From a virus (Duplodnaviria > Caudoviricetes), in IMG/VR virus record IMGVR_UViG_3300044633_001982: a stretch of 64,000 bases of DNA. The stretch is one strand, 5' to 3'. Under the pieces are notes generated by a model. It worked only from the letters and a program-made list of their open reading frames with translations, was not told the DNA's origin and made no database searches. Below are positions 53,784-63,119 of this stretch, one piece after another. Position 1 is the stretch's first letter. Each line of letters begins with the position of its first letter. The position numbers and the translations under genes are program-made.

Positions 53784-55400
53784 ATGCAAAAAATGGCAGA
53801 AAATAAAAACTTAGTTGAAGAAGCGGTAATCCAATTAAAAAATTTGGAAGAAGCTATCAATGAAAACGCAAAAGAAATACTTGAGTCAACAATGAAGCAA
53901 GAAATTAGCGAGCTTGTAAAGGAGTCTTTAAAAGAGGCTGAAGAAGAAGAGGAAACTGAAGATTTTGAAGAAGAATCTGATGAATCGGAAGAAGAAGAAT
54001 CTGATGAATTTGAAATGGAAGACGAAGAAGGTTCTGAAGAAGAATTTGATGAGTTTGAAATGGATGATGAAGAAGAGTCTGACGAAGAAGGTTTTGAAGA
54101 TGAAATGGGACAGGATGATGAAGTAATTGATTTTACACAAATGCCTGATTCTGATGAAACTCAAGATTTGTTATTAACAGTTTTCAAAAAAATGAAACCA
54201 GAAGATGAAGTCGAAATCCAAAAAGACGGGGAGTATGCACATTTGAAAGACGGTGACGATGAGTACCTTATTCCAATGAACGAATCTCGTGAGGATGATG
54301 ACGATGACAATGACGACGAAGAATTTGAGTCAGAGTTAGAAGAAACTATCTATGAAATTTCTATGGACGACGAAACAGGTGAAATGGAAGAACAATGGCA
54401 AGGTTTGGCCGCTGATATGGCAATTGCCGCAGCACCAGTTATTGCTGACAAAATGTTTGGAGACGATGAAGAAGAAGAATTAGAAGAAACTATTTACGAA
54501 CTTCACATGGATGGTGAAGATGGTGAAGATGATGATGAACTTCCTTCTCCTCCAAAAGAAGAAAGACCTGGTGGGATGTTTTATGAAAGAGACATGGATG
54601 TTGAGTATGAAGAAGATGAAGATGATGATATGGAAGACGGATACGAAGAATTTCCAATGGATGATTTAGAAGAAATGGATTATCAATCTGAAGAATATAC
54701 AGAAGAAATGATGCATGAGACTACTAAACCAAAAGTTGGTAAGGGTGGTAAAATCGGAAAACCTAAATTTTCATACAAGAAAACTACTGGTGGTTTTAAA
54801 GAAAAAATGACAGCCGCTAATCCTACAAAAGGTACAGGTAAACCAAAGTTTGAATACAAAGAATCAACTAAAAAAATGAAGAAAGGTGAATTTAAAGAAG
54901 CTTCTCGTACATTAGGTTCAGGTTCAAAATTTAGAAAAGGTGGTCTACCGAAACCAGCCGCTCATTCGGCATTCAATATTAATATTGAAGAACACTATTC
55001 TTTGATGGAAGAAGTAGAAATGTTGAGAGCTAAAAATGAAGAGTACAGAAAAGCTTTGAATATTTTCAGAGACAAACTTAACGAAGTTGCTGTATTCAAT
55101 TCAAATTTAGCGTACACTACAAGATTATTTACTGAACACACAACATCAAAGCAAGAAAAAATAAATGTTTTAAGAAGATTTGATTCTGTAGAAACACTTA
55201 AAGAATCTAAAAATCTATATAAAACTATTAAGGACGAACTTTCATCAACTACTAAAGGAAAAATCACTGAGTCAATCGAAAAAGTAATGGACAACGAACC
55301 AGTAATTACAGGTTCTGCTCAAAACTTAATTGAATCTAAGACTTACGAAAATCCTCAGTTTATGAGAATGAAGGACTTAATGACAAAAATAATAAAATAA
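53784..55400 (+). CDS. prohead scaffold/core protein (gp22-like)
   Basis: Very acidic with many [LI]xE sites, coiled C-terminus (KLNEVAVFNSNLAY); directly before MCP; start moved to 53784. Confidence 0.8.
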   Translation: MQKMAENKNLVEEAVIQLKNLEEAINENAKEILESTMKQEISELVKESLKEAEEEEETEDFEEESDESEEEESDEFEMEDEEGSEEEFDEFEMDDEEESDEEGFEDEMGQDDEVIDFTQMPDSDETQDLLLTVFKKMKPEDEVEIQKDGEYAHLKDGDDEYLIPMNESREDDDDDNDDEEFESELEETIYEISMDDETGEMEEQWQGLAADMAIAAAPVIADKMFGDDEEEELEETIYELHMDGEDGEDDDELPSPPKEERPGGMFYERDMDVEYEEDEDDDMEDGYEEFPMDDLEEMDYQSEEYTEEMMHETTKPKVGKGGKIGKPKFSYKKTTGGFKEKMTAANPTKGTGKPKFEYKESTKKMKKGEFKEASRTLGSGSKFRKGGLPKPAAHSAFNINIEEHYSLMEEVEMLRAKNEEYRKALNIFRDKLNEVAVFNSNLAYTTRLFTEHTTSKQEKINVLRRFDSVETLKESKNLYKTIKDELSSTTKGKITESIEKVMDNEPVITGSAQNLIESKTYENPQFMRMKDLMTKIIK

Positions 55401-55426
55401 ACAATTAATAAAAATCCAAAAATAAA

Positions 55427-57220
55427 ATGGGAGCATTATTAGAATCAGGTCTTGTTGGTAACATCGGTCTTAAGCACCTTAAAGTTATCAAAGAAGATAC
55501 TATTAACAAATGGGACAAATTAGGGTTCCTTGAAGGTCTTCGTGGCCACCTAAAAGAAAACGTAGCACAATTATATGAGAACCAAGCTTCTCACTTAATC
55601 AACGAAGCTACTTCAGACGGAAATTCAGGTTCATTTGAAACTGTTGTTTTCCCGATTATCAGACGTGTATTCTCTAAATTATTAGCGAATGAAATCGTTT
55701 CTGTACAAGCGATGAACTTACCAATCGGTAAATTGTTCTTCTTTGTACCAAAAATCCAAGGTTACACTGGTACAACTCAGTTAACTAATGATACTACATC
55801 TCCATGGGCTCACAGAGCACCTGTAGGAGCACCTGGTAACTATCCTGGTGACCCAAATGCAGGTTATAATGATGCTGCAGCTTTCACTAAGAATCTTTAT
55901 GATTTGTATTATGAAGGTAATGAGGCGGCTTTAGACCCACCTGGATTGTATGATTACTCAAAAGGACGTTGGTCAGCGACTACTGCGGCGACTTTCACTC
56001 AAGTATGGACAGGACAAAGATTAGTACAATCAGGTTATCCAAGTACTACTTACAGAAAAGTAATCGTTTCTTTATCTGGTTTCAGTACTTCAGGTGAAGG
56101 TAGATTAGTTGGTCCTGAAGGTAACCAAATGGATACTGAGGATTTCTTAGCAAGTTTACGTTTAGTTTCTTCAGCAAATACACAAAACCCATTATTGTTC
56201 AGAGTTGTTACTCAAGTATACGGTCAAGGTATTGTTAACTACGGTTCACAATCACAAGCTGCTTGGCCAACTCAAGGTAACGGTGGTTACTACAATAACA
56301 TTTGTAGTGCATCTGGTGTTATCTACTTAGAAGTTGATTTAAGTGTACCTTGTTCTGTAACTGATAACAGTTTAGATGGTTATTCAGGTTCTACATTCGC
56401 AGCTGACACAGCCACTGGTTCTATCATTGCGGTTTATAAAATCTATGAAGAACTTGAGTTTGAAGACGCTATCGGTGAAGTTTCTTTTGAATTAGATTCA
56501 GTAACTGTTACTGTAACTGAAAGAAAGTTAAGAGCTCAGTGGTCTCCTGAATTGGCTCAAGACGTTGCGGCATTCCACAACATCGATGCTGAGGCTGAAT
56601 TAACAGCTTTATTATCTGAACAAGTTGCGGCTGAAATCGACCGTGAAATCTTACGTGACTTACGTAAAGGTGCAGCTTGGCAATTACGTTGGGATTACAA
56701 CGGATGGAAGAGAGGAACTGCAGCTAACCCATTAACTCAGTACACTCAAAAAGACTGGAACCAAACATTGATTACTGCAATCAACCAATTGTCAGCACAA
56801 ATCCACAAGTCAACACTTCGTGGTGGAGCTAACTGGATTGTTGTATCTTCTGAGGTTTCTGCAATCTTCGATGACTTAGAATACTTCCACGTATCTAACG
56901 CTTCTCCTGAGCAAGACCAATACAACATGGGTATTGAGAGAGTTGGTACTTTAGCTGGTCGTTACCAAGTATACCGTGACCCTTACTTCCCGCCAAACCA
57001 AGTTTTGATTGGACACAAGGGTACTTCATTACTTGACACTGGTTACGTTTACGCACCATATGTACCTCTACAATTAACTCCAACTATGTACAATCCATTC
57101 AACTTCACACCTATCAAAGGTATCATGACACGTTACGCTAAGAAGATGGTTAACAACCGTTTCTACGGACGTATCACAGTTGACGGTGTACGTACATTTG
57201 ACTTGAGAGAGTTAAGATAA
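55427..57220 (+). CDS. major capsid protein (T4 gp23-like)
   Basis: IVSVQAMNLP.G.LF, RKLRAQWSPELAQD..AFH.IDAE.EL..LLSE....EIDREI, GYVYAPYVPL, GIMTRY. Confidence 0.96.
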   Translation: MGALLESGLVGNIGLKHLKVIKEDTINKWDKLGFLEGLRGHLKENVAQLYENQASHLINEATSDGNSGSFETVVFPIIRRVFSKLLANEIVSVQAMNLPIGKLFFFVPKIQGYTGTTQLTNDTTSPWAHRAPVGAPGNYPGDPNAGYNDAAAFTKNLYDLYYEGNEAALDPPGLYDYSKGRWSATTAATFTQVWTGQRLVQSGYPSTTYRKVIVSLSGFSTSGEGRLVGPEGNQMDTEDFLASLRLVSSANTQNPLLFRVVTQVYGQGIVNYGSQSQAAWPTQGNGGYYNNICSASGVIYLEVDLSVPCSVTDNSLDGYSGSTFAADTATGSIIAVYKIYEELEFEDAIGEVSFELDSVTVTVTERKLRAQWSPELAQDVAAFHNIDAEAELTALLSEQVAAEIDREILRDLRKGAAWQLRWDYNGWKRGTAANPLTQYTQKDWNQTLITAINQLSAQIHKSTLRGGANWIVVSSEVSAIFDDLEYFHVSNASPEQDQYNMGIERVGTLAGRYQVYRDPYFPPNQVLIGHKGTSLLDTGYVYAPYVPLQLTPTMYNPFNFTPIKGIMTRYAKKMVNNRFYGRITVDGVRTFDLRELR

Positions 57221-57239
57221 TCTATCTTAAACCAAATAT

Positions 57240-57268
57240 AAAAAGGTCAGAGAAATCTGACCTTTTTT
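57240..57268. terminator. intrinsic terminator after MCP
   Basis: AAAAAGGTCAGA GAAA TCTGACCTTTTT. Confidence 0.85.
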
Positions 57269-57318
57269 ATTTATTAAACTATTTATAAAATATTAAATAA
57301 AAATTAAGAAATACAATT

Positions 57319-57507
57319 ATGGCAATATTAAGTGCAAATACATTCTATAACTACACTAATGAAAAACAAGGAGCGTTTAATGGAGGTGTTTACTCAGGTA
57401 GTACACAAGTTCCACATCCTATTGCGGGTAGTCCGACAAACTCTAATGACATTATAGTTGATTATAGTGCGGTTACTTTAGGAGGATTTAATGGTTTAAA
57501 TAGTTAA
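57319..57507 (+). CDS. small putative virion protein
   Basis: 62 aa, Gly/Ser/Asn-rich, TATTTAT upstream. Confidence 0.6.
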   Translation: MAILSANTFYNYTNEKQGAFNGGVYSGSTQVPHPIAGSPTNSNDIIVDYSAVTLGGFNGLNS

Positions 57508-57524
57508 CAATTATAATTTAATTG

Positions 57525-58292
57525 TTAAGATAAACTATTCATTATATTTTCAATCTTAGATGCACTTCCAGAAACTGCACTATTTCTTCTTGACTGAACC
57601 GCAACTTTTTTAAGTTCAGATACTGACGTATTACCTTTTTCCACCTCTTCATTAATTGCGTTTGCAAATTTTTGAAAAAATCCTGAGCCATTCCAAGAAG
57701 CGTATATAAAGTGGAATAATAACGCGTTACTTTTCATAACAATATTTTTAGCCTCAGGAGATAAGTATTTATCAGCAAGTTTATTAAAATGAGGTTCCAT
57801 TATTTTAACCACCAGGTCTATTAGTTTTTGTTCTAAATTACCACCTCTATAATAACGTTTCCAAACTCTTCTATTTTTATTCCCATCAATCAAATTCCAA
57901 AATTCAACACCGGCATTGCTTGTATTTAATGTTCCTCCGTGTTTCCTATCAATTCCAAACATAGTTTCACCTGAGTCACCCATTCCTGAAGATTTATGCC
58001 ATTGTGGGTTAAAATATCCACCTTCTAATTTATTAATAACTAATTCAGTCATTTTTTTAAAATCTCCTGATATTGTACCAAATGAATTGTCTGAACCATT
58101 ATTGGTAGATGTGTCAGATGTATTAGAAGAATCTTTATCATCTTTGTTAATTAATTTACCCCCAATTCTTTTTTTCACCCTATCAAGCATTGCTTGTATG
58201 AACGAATCACCAACAATATTACTATCATTTTGTTCAGTGATATTATAATTTACAATTTTTTTTAATTGTTCTTCAGTAACTTTAATTTTCAT
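57525..58292 (-). CDS. leader-tagged (class A) GH108-like lysozyme
   Basis: MKIKVTEEQLKKIV..NITE; LEGGY...DSGETMFGID. Confidence 0.75.
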   Translation of the reverse strand: MKIKVTEEQLKKIVNYNITEQNDSNIVGDSFIQAMLDRVKKRIGGKLINKDDKDSSNTSDTSTNNGSDNSFGTISGDFKKMTELVINKLEGGYFNPQWHKSSGMGDSGETMFGIDRKHGGTLNTSNAGVEFWNLIDGNKNRRVWKRYYRGGNLEQKLIDLVVKIMEPHFNKLADKYLSPEAKNIVMKSNALLFHFIYASWNGSGFFQKFANAINEEVEKGNTSVSELKKVAVQSRRNSAVSGSASKIENIMNSLS

Positions 58293-59872
58293 ATCTTATC
58301 TCCAAATTTTTCATAGAAATATTTAAGGATTGCAAAATTCATATGAGCGTACCCTTTAGTACAGAATACGTGTCCTGAATAAGAACCTTTATCTTTATTT
58401 GAACAGTACCATTCTAATCTTTTTCTTGTTTGTCCATAAAATCCAGTAGTTCCCCAATTTTTTGGGTCACAAACCAAATAAGTATTTGGTCCAAAAGATA
58501 TTCCTGTTTCGTATGTTGATGGGTCAATTAAACCGACTAATTTTAAACTACTATCTTGAGCATAATTCCATGTTTCTCGTCCACCTTGTGAAAATCCTGC
58601 AATAGATGATACCACTCCACCAAATTTTTCTTTTACGTATTTTTTAACGTTGTTTAAATTATTAAAATGGTGAGTAATTACAATTATTTTATTATTACTG
58701 TAAGGTCTCAAATAAGGTATGTATTTTTCCATTGCGGAACGATTTGCGGTACCCTTTGAGTATCCTGAAGTATGAGCTCCCCCAAAAAATACGTGTACTT
58801 GATTACCTTTATATGAATCAGATTTAATAATCACATATTCATTATCTCCTGTCACTTCTGAATTAGTTTCTGATGGTTTTGTTTGAACTTTTTTAGGGTC
58901 TTGAAGTCTCTCCAAAGTTTTTTTATCTACTGATGATGATACAGTTAATGATTGGTCTTCTTGAAAAGTTTCTAATGCCTTTTTAGTTTTAGGACCAAAT
59001 AAACCATCAACTCCACACTTACCTAAGTCATAGTTCAAACGGTTCAAGATGTTCTGAATTTCGGTAACTGGTGACCCCATATGACCAATTCTCATTACAA
59101 CATCCCCTTTTTTAATTTGTTCTAACGTTGGGGACTCTGAATATGACTTTGTTGGTTGACAACCAGACTTCTTAAATTGTTTTACGGTTTCTTTTTCAAG
59201 TTTAGGGTCTACTTTATCACTTTTATAATAATCATCAATTTTAGAATTCGGTATAACTTCTGTTTTACCCCCACTATTTAAAGACTCTCCCCCGACATAA
59301 AATAAATGCCAAGGTTCTGCTTTACGCAGTACACCATCTCTTAAATAAGATACTTTAAAACCAAATTTTCCACAATTATTTTCAACCCATTTTTTAACAT
59401 CTGAATTCTGATTCCACCAAGACGGTTCAACACTTATTATATCAAATGCCTTTCCTGTATGATGTTGAGAAAATCCGGGTAACGCAGAATACTTTTGTCT
59501 TTGTGACACACCACCATCCCTTTTTATTTTACCACCAAATGTATCGACTTGTTTGGAATAACTTCTATATGATGAGACCACGGTAGCTTTAGATGACACC
59601 TCAGGAAATTCTTTTTTTAATGATGATAACAATTTTGATATTTGGATTTTTGCCTTTGAAACCTCCCCACCATTGTCTTCATAGTACTGACCTTCTTGTT
59701 TCATCTCATCATCCACATGTTTATCATTAATTGTAGTATTGTACTTTGATTCAACACTTGATAAAGATGATTTAATATCAGAAGGTAAATCTCTATTAAC
59801 TTTTTCAGTTAATAAACCATATTTTTTTAAAATATCATTTTTTTCAGATTCAGAAATAATTAACTTTCCCAT
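58289..59872 (-). CDS. leader-tagged M15B peptidase + peptidoglycan-binding domain + alpha/beta-hydrolase
   Basis: LIISESEKNDIL..LLTE; SYRSY..Q, SQHHTGKAFD, EPWH; VDGLFGPKT..ALETFQ; GFSQGG. Confidence 0.8.
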   Translation of the reverse strand: MGKLIISESEKNDILKKYGLLTEKVNRDLPSDIKSSLSSVESKYNTTINDKHVDDEMKQEGQYYEDNGGEVSKAKIQISKLLSSLKKEFPEVSSKATVVSSYRSYSKQVDTFGGKIKRDGGVSQRQKYSALPGFSQHHTGKAFDIISVEPSWWNQNSDVKKWVENNCGKFGFKVSYLRDGVLRKAEPWHLFYVGGESLNSGGKTEVIPNSKIDDYYKSDKVDPKLEKETVKQFKKSGCQPTKSYSESPTLEQIKKGDVVMRIGHMGSPVTEIQNILNRLNYDLGKCGVDGLFGPKTKKALETFQEDQSLTVSSSVDKKTLERLQDPKKVQTKPSETNSEVTGDNEYVIIKSDSYKGNQVHVFFGGAHTSGYSKGTANRSAMEKYIPYLRPYSNNKIIVITHHFNNLNNVKKYVKEKFGGVVSSIAGFSQGGRETWNYAQDSSLKLVGLIDPSTYETGISFGPNTYLVCDPKNWGTTGFYGQTRKRLEWYCSNKDKGSYSGHVFCTKGYAHMNFAILKYFYEKFGDKI

Positions 59873-59875
59873 TAT

Positions 59876-60088
59876 TTATAAATATCTAATAAGTACGGAA
59901 ATAAATTCCGCCTCCGATAAACTATAAATACCCTGTTTGTAAGAATAATTTAGAATTCTTCGGATTAAGTCTTTTTTTTGGGGGTCAGTTAAATTTTGTA
60001 TTAAAAAGGATAAATCTTCATTTGGATTATAATTTATTGTTTCAAAAATTGTTTGATTTGGTATTTTTTCTTCATGAGTATTATCCAT
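59876..60088 (-). CDS. hypothetical protein
   Basis: Start moved to 60088 (MDNTHEE); upstream TATTTATATAAATA. Confidence 0.6.
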   Translation of the reverse strand: MDNTHEEKIPNQTIFETINYNPNEDLSFLIQNLTDPQKKDLIRRILNYSYKQGIYSLSEAEFISVLIRYL

Positions 60089-60126
60089 AGGTGATATATT
60101 TATATAAATAGTAATATTGATTAATA

Positions 60127-61428
60127 ATGAAAGAAACCCATTTAATAAAAAAAATAAGGGAGATAATAAAAGAAACCAACTCAAGTTCAGCAGCAGGATT
60201 TTATAACGTACCAATGAGACCCGGATTAAGATTGTGGAAGAAAAAAGAAATGGGTGCGTTTACTGAAAAACTTAATGGGTACGATAACGCAGAATTATAT
60301 GTTGACGCGTTAGATGGAAATATTGACACTAAAAATGCAAAGGAAAAAGAGAGAATCTCAAGAAAAATATCTAAATATTATGATAAACACCCAACTCAAA
60401 ACGATGATGATGGTAATGTTTTAAATGATGTCAATATTAAAGAAGCAACATATAATGATGGAGGTGAATATAGCGCACCATTAAGTTTTGAGCCAATTAA
60501 ATGGGATAAACATACTATGGCACCATATGTATATCATTCCACTCATGACCATAATGAAAAAGGTAAATTAGGTAACATTGGTGGTAAAGTATCATTCAAA
60601 CATGGATATATGGAAAAACCACACCCAAAAAAAGGTAAGTCAAAAAAAATAATAACACCTAAAGAAAATAAAGATGTAGTTAATGAGGATTTAGCAGTTT
60701 GGTTTGGTAAAAAAAAGAAACCAAAAGGTAGTAAACAACCTAAAGGTCCTTGGGTTAATATTTGTAAAAAAGTAGATGGTAAACATCCACCTTGCGGAAG
60801 ACCTCAGGCAACTGATAGAGCTTACCCAAAATGTAGAGCTGCGGGCGTTGCTGGGAAAATGTCAGATTCAGAAAAAAGAAACGCGTGTCAACAAAAAAGA
60901 AGAGCAGAAAAAACTCATTCAAAATCAGGTACAGGTAATAAACCTAAAATGGTTTCTCATAAAACAAATGAAAATATGTCAAAAAAAATTAAAATTACAG
61001 AATCACAATTAAAGAACTTGGTTTATTATCTTAATGAACAAAATACATTACCAATAACTTTATCATGTATAGAACCTGATAACCCAAGTTCTCCAGGAAT
61101 ACAATTTAAAAATTTAAAATTTGTGAATAAAGGTACACAAACTTTAAATGATAAAGAAGAGACAATTTATGTTTTTGAGAAGACTAGTCTTGAACCTTAT
61201 AAACAAGAATCCGTACAACAAAAATTTACAACAGTAAAAATTGAAAACCCTGAGTTGGTTAAAGTTTTAGAACAACGAGGATATAAGAACGTATCAAATT
61301 TTAGTTTTTTAAAAACCTACCATCTAAATAGAAAGTTTTATTGTGGAGTCTTCTTCACAAAAGATAACGATAATTCAGATAATTTTGCAAAAACAAATGA
61401 TATTGTTTCATTAAAACCAACAAAGTAA
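60127..61428 (+). CDS. modular virion-type polyprotein-like protein
   Basis: Modules separated by [ILV/T]xE sites; EDLAVWFG..PWVNIC..CGR..YPKCR module; internal class A leader at 60976. Confidence 0.7.
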   Translation: MKETHLIKKIREIIKETNSSSAAGFYNVPMRPGLRLWKKKEMGAFTEKLNGYDNAELYVDALDGNIDTKNAKEKERISRKISKYYDKHPTQNDDDGNVLNDVNIKEATYNDGGEYSAPLSFEPIKWDKHTMAPYVYHSTHDHNEKGKLGNIGGKVSFKHGYMEKPHPKKGKSKKIITPKENKDVVNEDLAVWFGKKKKPKGSKQPKGPWVNICKKVDGKHPPCGRPQATDRAYPKCRAAGVAGKMSDSEKRNACQQKRRAEKTHSKSGTGNKPKMVSHKTNENMSKKIKITESQLKNLVYYLNEQNTLPITLSCIEPDNPSSPGIQFKNLKFVNKGTQTLNDKEETIYVFEKTSLEPYKQESVQQKFTTVKIENPELVKVLEQRGYKNVSNFSFLKTYHLNRKFYCGVFFTKDNDNSDNFAKTNDIVSLKPTK

Positions 61429-61433
61429 TTTTA

Positions 61434-61685
61434 TTATTTTGTAGTTAAAGAATCTAATTTTTGTAAATCATCATTAGTTGTAAAATACAAACCAACAAAT
61501 TTGTCAAACTCACCTTTAGGTAATTTTTTAAGGTGTCTCGCTAAAGTTTGTTGTGAGTACCAATCATCAGAATGTTTTTCTTGATTTTCAATAACACAAG
61601 TTTTTGTTTGTTTACAACATTCTTTGTTTGATGTACAAGAGGACAATAGAAAAACAACTGATAATAAAAAAATAAAAGATTTCAT
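61434..61685 (-). CDS. small lipoprotein
   Basis: MKSFIFLLSVVFLLSS-C. Confidence 0.75.
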   Translation of the reverse strand: MKSFIFLLSVVFLLSSCTSNKECCKQTKTCVIENQEKHSDDWYSQQTLARHLKKLPKGEFDKFVGLYFTTNDDLQKLDSLTTK

Positions 61686-61757
61686 ACTTATAAATATTTA
61701 ATTTTATATTGTAAAGTTACTTAAAAATTTTGATTATTCAAAATATTTATTAAAAAA

Positions 61758-62150
61758 ATGAAAGTTTGTTTAAAATACCCAAAAAACACTTTAACTAGTA
61801 AGGAACTAAAAGTACTTGGTAAATTTATTCAGTTATTACAAAAAATAATGCCACTTTCAAACAAGATAAAAATTGTCTTTTTAGATGAGAGAGTTGGTAA
61901 AATGACAACAGGTTCTTATAAAAAGAGTAAACACATTATTAAAGTCTTAATTAAAAATAGGTTACTTGCCGATTTGTTAAGAACGTTATCCCATGAATGG
62001 GGGCACGCTTTTGATAACGAACATATTAATTTTGAAGATAGGAGAGAAGTTGGGGGAGAATCTGAAAATTTTGCAAATGCAATATCAGGAGCTGTAACCA
62101 AACACTTCATCAAAAAAAATCCTCAAGTTGAGGATATTATTTTTGAGTAA
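61758..62150 (+). CDS. small zincin-like metallopeptidase (ImmA/IrrE-like)
   Basis: LRTLSHEWGHAF...ENFANA. Confidence 0.65.
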   Translation: MKVCLKYPKNTLTSKELKVLGKFIQLLQKIMPLSNKIKIVFLDERVGKMTTGSYKKSKHIIKVLIKNRLLADLLRTLSHEWGHAFDNEHINFEDRREVGGESENFANAISGAVTKHFIKKNPQVEDIIFE

Positions 62151-62549
62151 TTAATTACAAATTTTAGAATAGATAGTTTCTAAAGAATGTTTGATTTGTA
62201 CATCTAAATCTTTTTCCATCTGTAAAGCCCTTTCTTCCATCTCTTTTTTGAAAAAGTCTTTTAATTTTGACCAATCAATATCAGGTAGTTTAATAAAATA
62301 ACTATAAGTATGGTTAGTAATTGTTACCTCACCATCTTCCATAGTAATAAAAATACCATATTGCTCGTTTTTAATGTATTTTTTACGAGAAATCGGGGCA
62401 ATTAACAACTCAGAATTAGGATTGTGAATCAATCTTCTACAAATTGCGGTACATTGATTTATACGTGTCCTTTGAAGTTTTCTAAGTTCACTTTCATTGA
62501 TACTTCTAACAAAAATTTTGTAACGGGCAATTAATCTTTTTAGTGACAT
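62151..62549 (-). CDS. hypothetical protein
   Basis: TTG-N20-TATCTTTG promoter at 62570-62600 (-). Confidence 0.7.
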   Translation of the reverse strand: MSLKRLIARYKIFVRSINESELRKLQRTRINQCTAICRRLIHNPNSELLIAPISRKKYIKNEQYGIFITMEDGEVTITNHTYSYFIKLPDIDWSKLKDFFKKEMEERALQMEKDLDVQIKHSLETIYSKICN

Positions 62550-62593
62550 TTTTTATTTATTTATGTCTACAAAGATATTGCAAAAATTTTAAT

Positions 62594-63118
62594 TTAACAA
62601 TAAGGTGATGAACATTTTTTCTTACCATCTAAACCTGGCATTCTTCCTTTACAAACCTGAACTGCGTATCCGTTAGCGTATGCACTAGGGTAAACTTTAA
62701 ACTTTGATTTTGCTGCGGATTTACCACGAGAACAAAGTTTTGTTCCTGACTTTTTACGACCTTCATTCATTTGATATAACGCCAAGGCTTCATCAGGGTT
62801 TTCATTATCCATCGCCATTGACATATCGTCTAAAACATTGTCATTTTCCATCATATCACCATCATCTACATTCATAGACAATTCCATACCATCTTTTTTT
62901 GTTTCATTCATTAGAAAGTCAAATACTTGGTCCATATTGTTTTTTGCCTCAGCAATATGGTCTTGAGCCCAATCATGTCCATTAGATAGAATCTCCTCAA
63001 CCATATTACGGTCTAAATCTAACAATAAACCACATTGTCTTCTCATTTGTTCTAAATTACTGAAAAACATATATCTTTCAGATTCTTCTTTTAAAATTTT
63101 TTTAATTAATTTTTCCAT
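62594..63118 (-). CDS. modular hypothetical protein
   Basis: MEKLIKKILKEE leader; C-terminal KLCSRG.....KFKVYPSAYANG module after MNE. Confidence 0.7.
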   Translation of the reverse strand: MEKLIKKILKEESERYMFFSNLEQMRRQCGLLLDLDRNMVEEILSNGHDWAQDHIAEAKNNMDQVFDFLMNETKKDGMELSMNVDDGDMMENDNVLDDMSMAMDNENPDEALALYQMNEGRKKSGTKLCSRGKSAAKSKFKVYPSAYANGYAVQVCKGRMPGLDGKKKCSSPYC

Positions 63119-63119
63119 A

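Noticed and set aside
46127-57220. Inteins or group I introns in terL, portal or MCP
   Set aside because: Lengths are ordinary, motifs are contiguous, and no splice motifs were seen; the HNH at 32044 is free-standing.
59876-60214. Hydrophobic N-terminal extension of ORF 59876-60214
   Set aside because: It overlaps the 60127 gene antisense; the true start is probably 60088.
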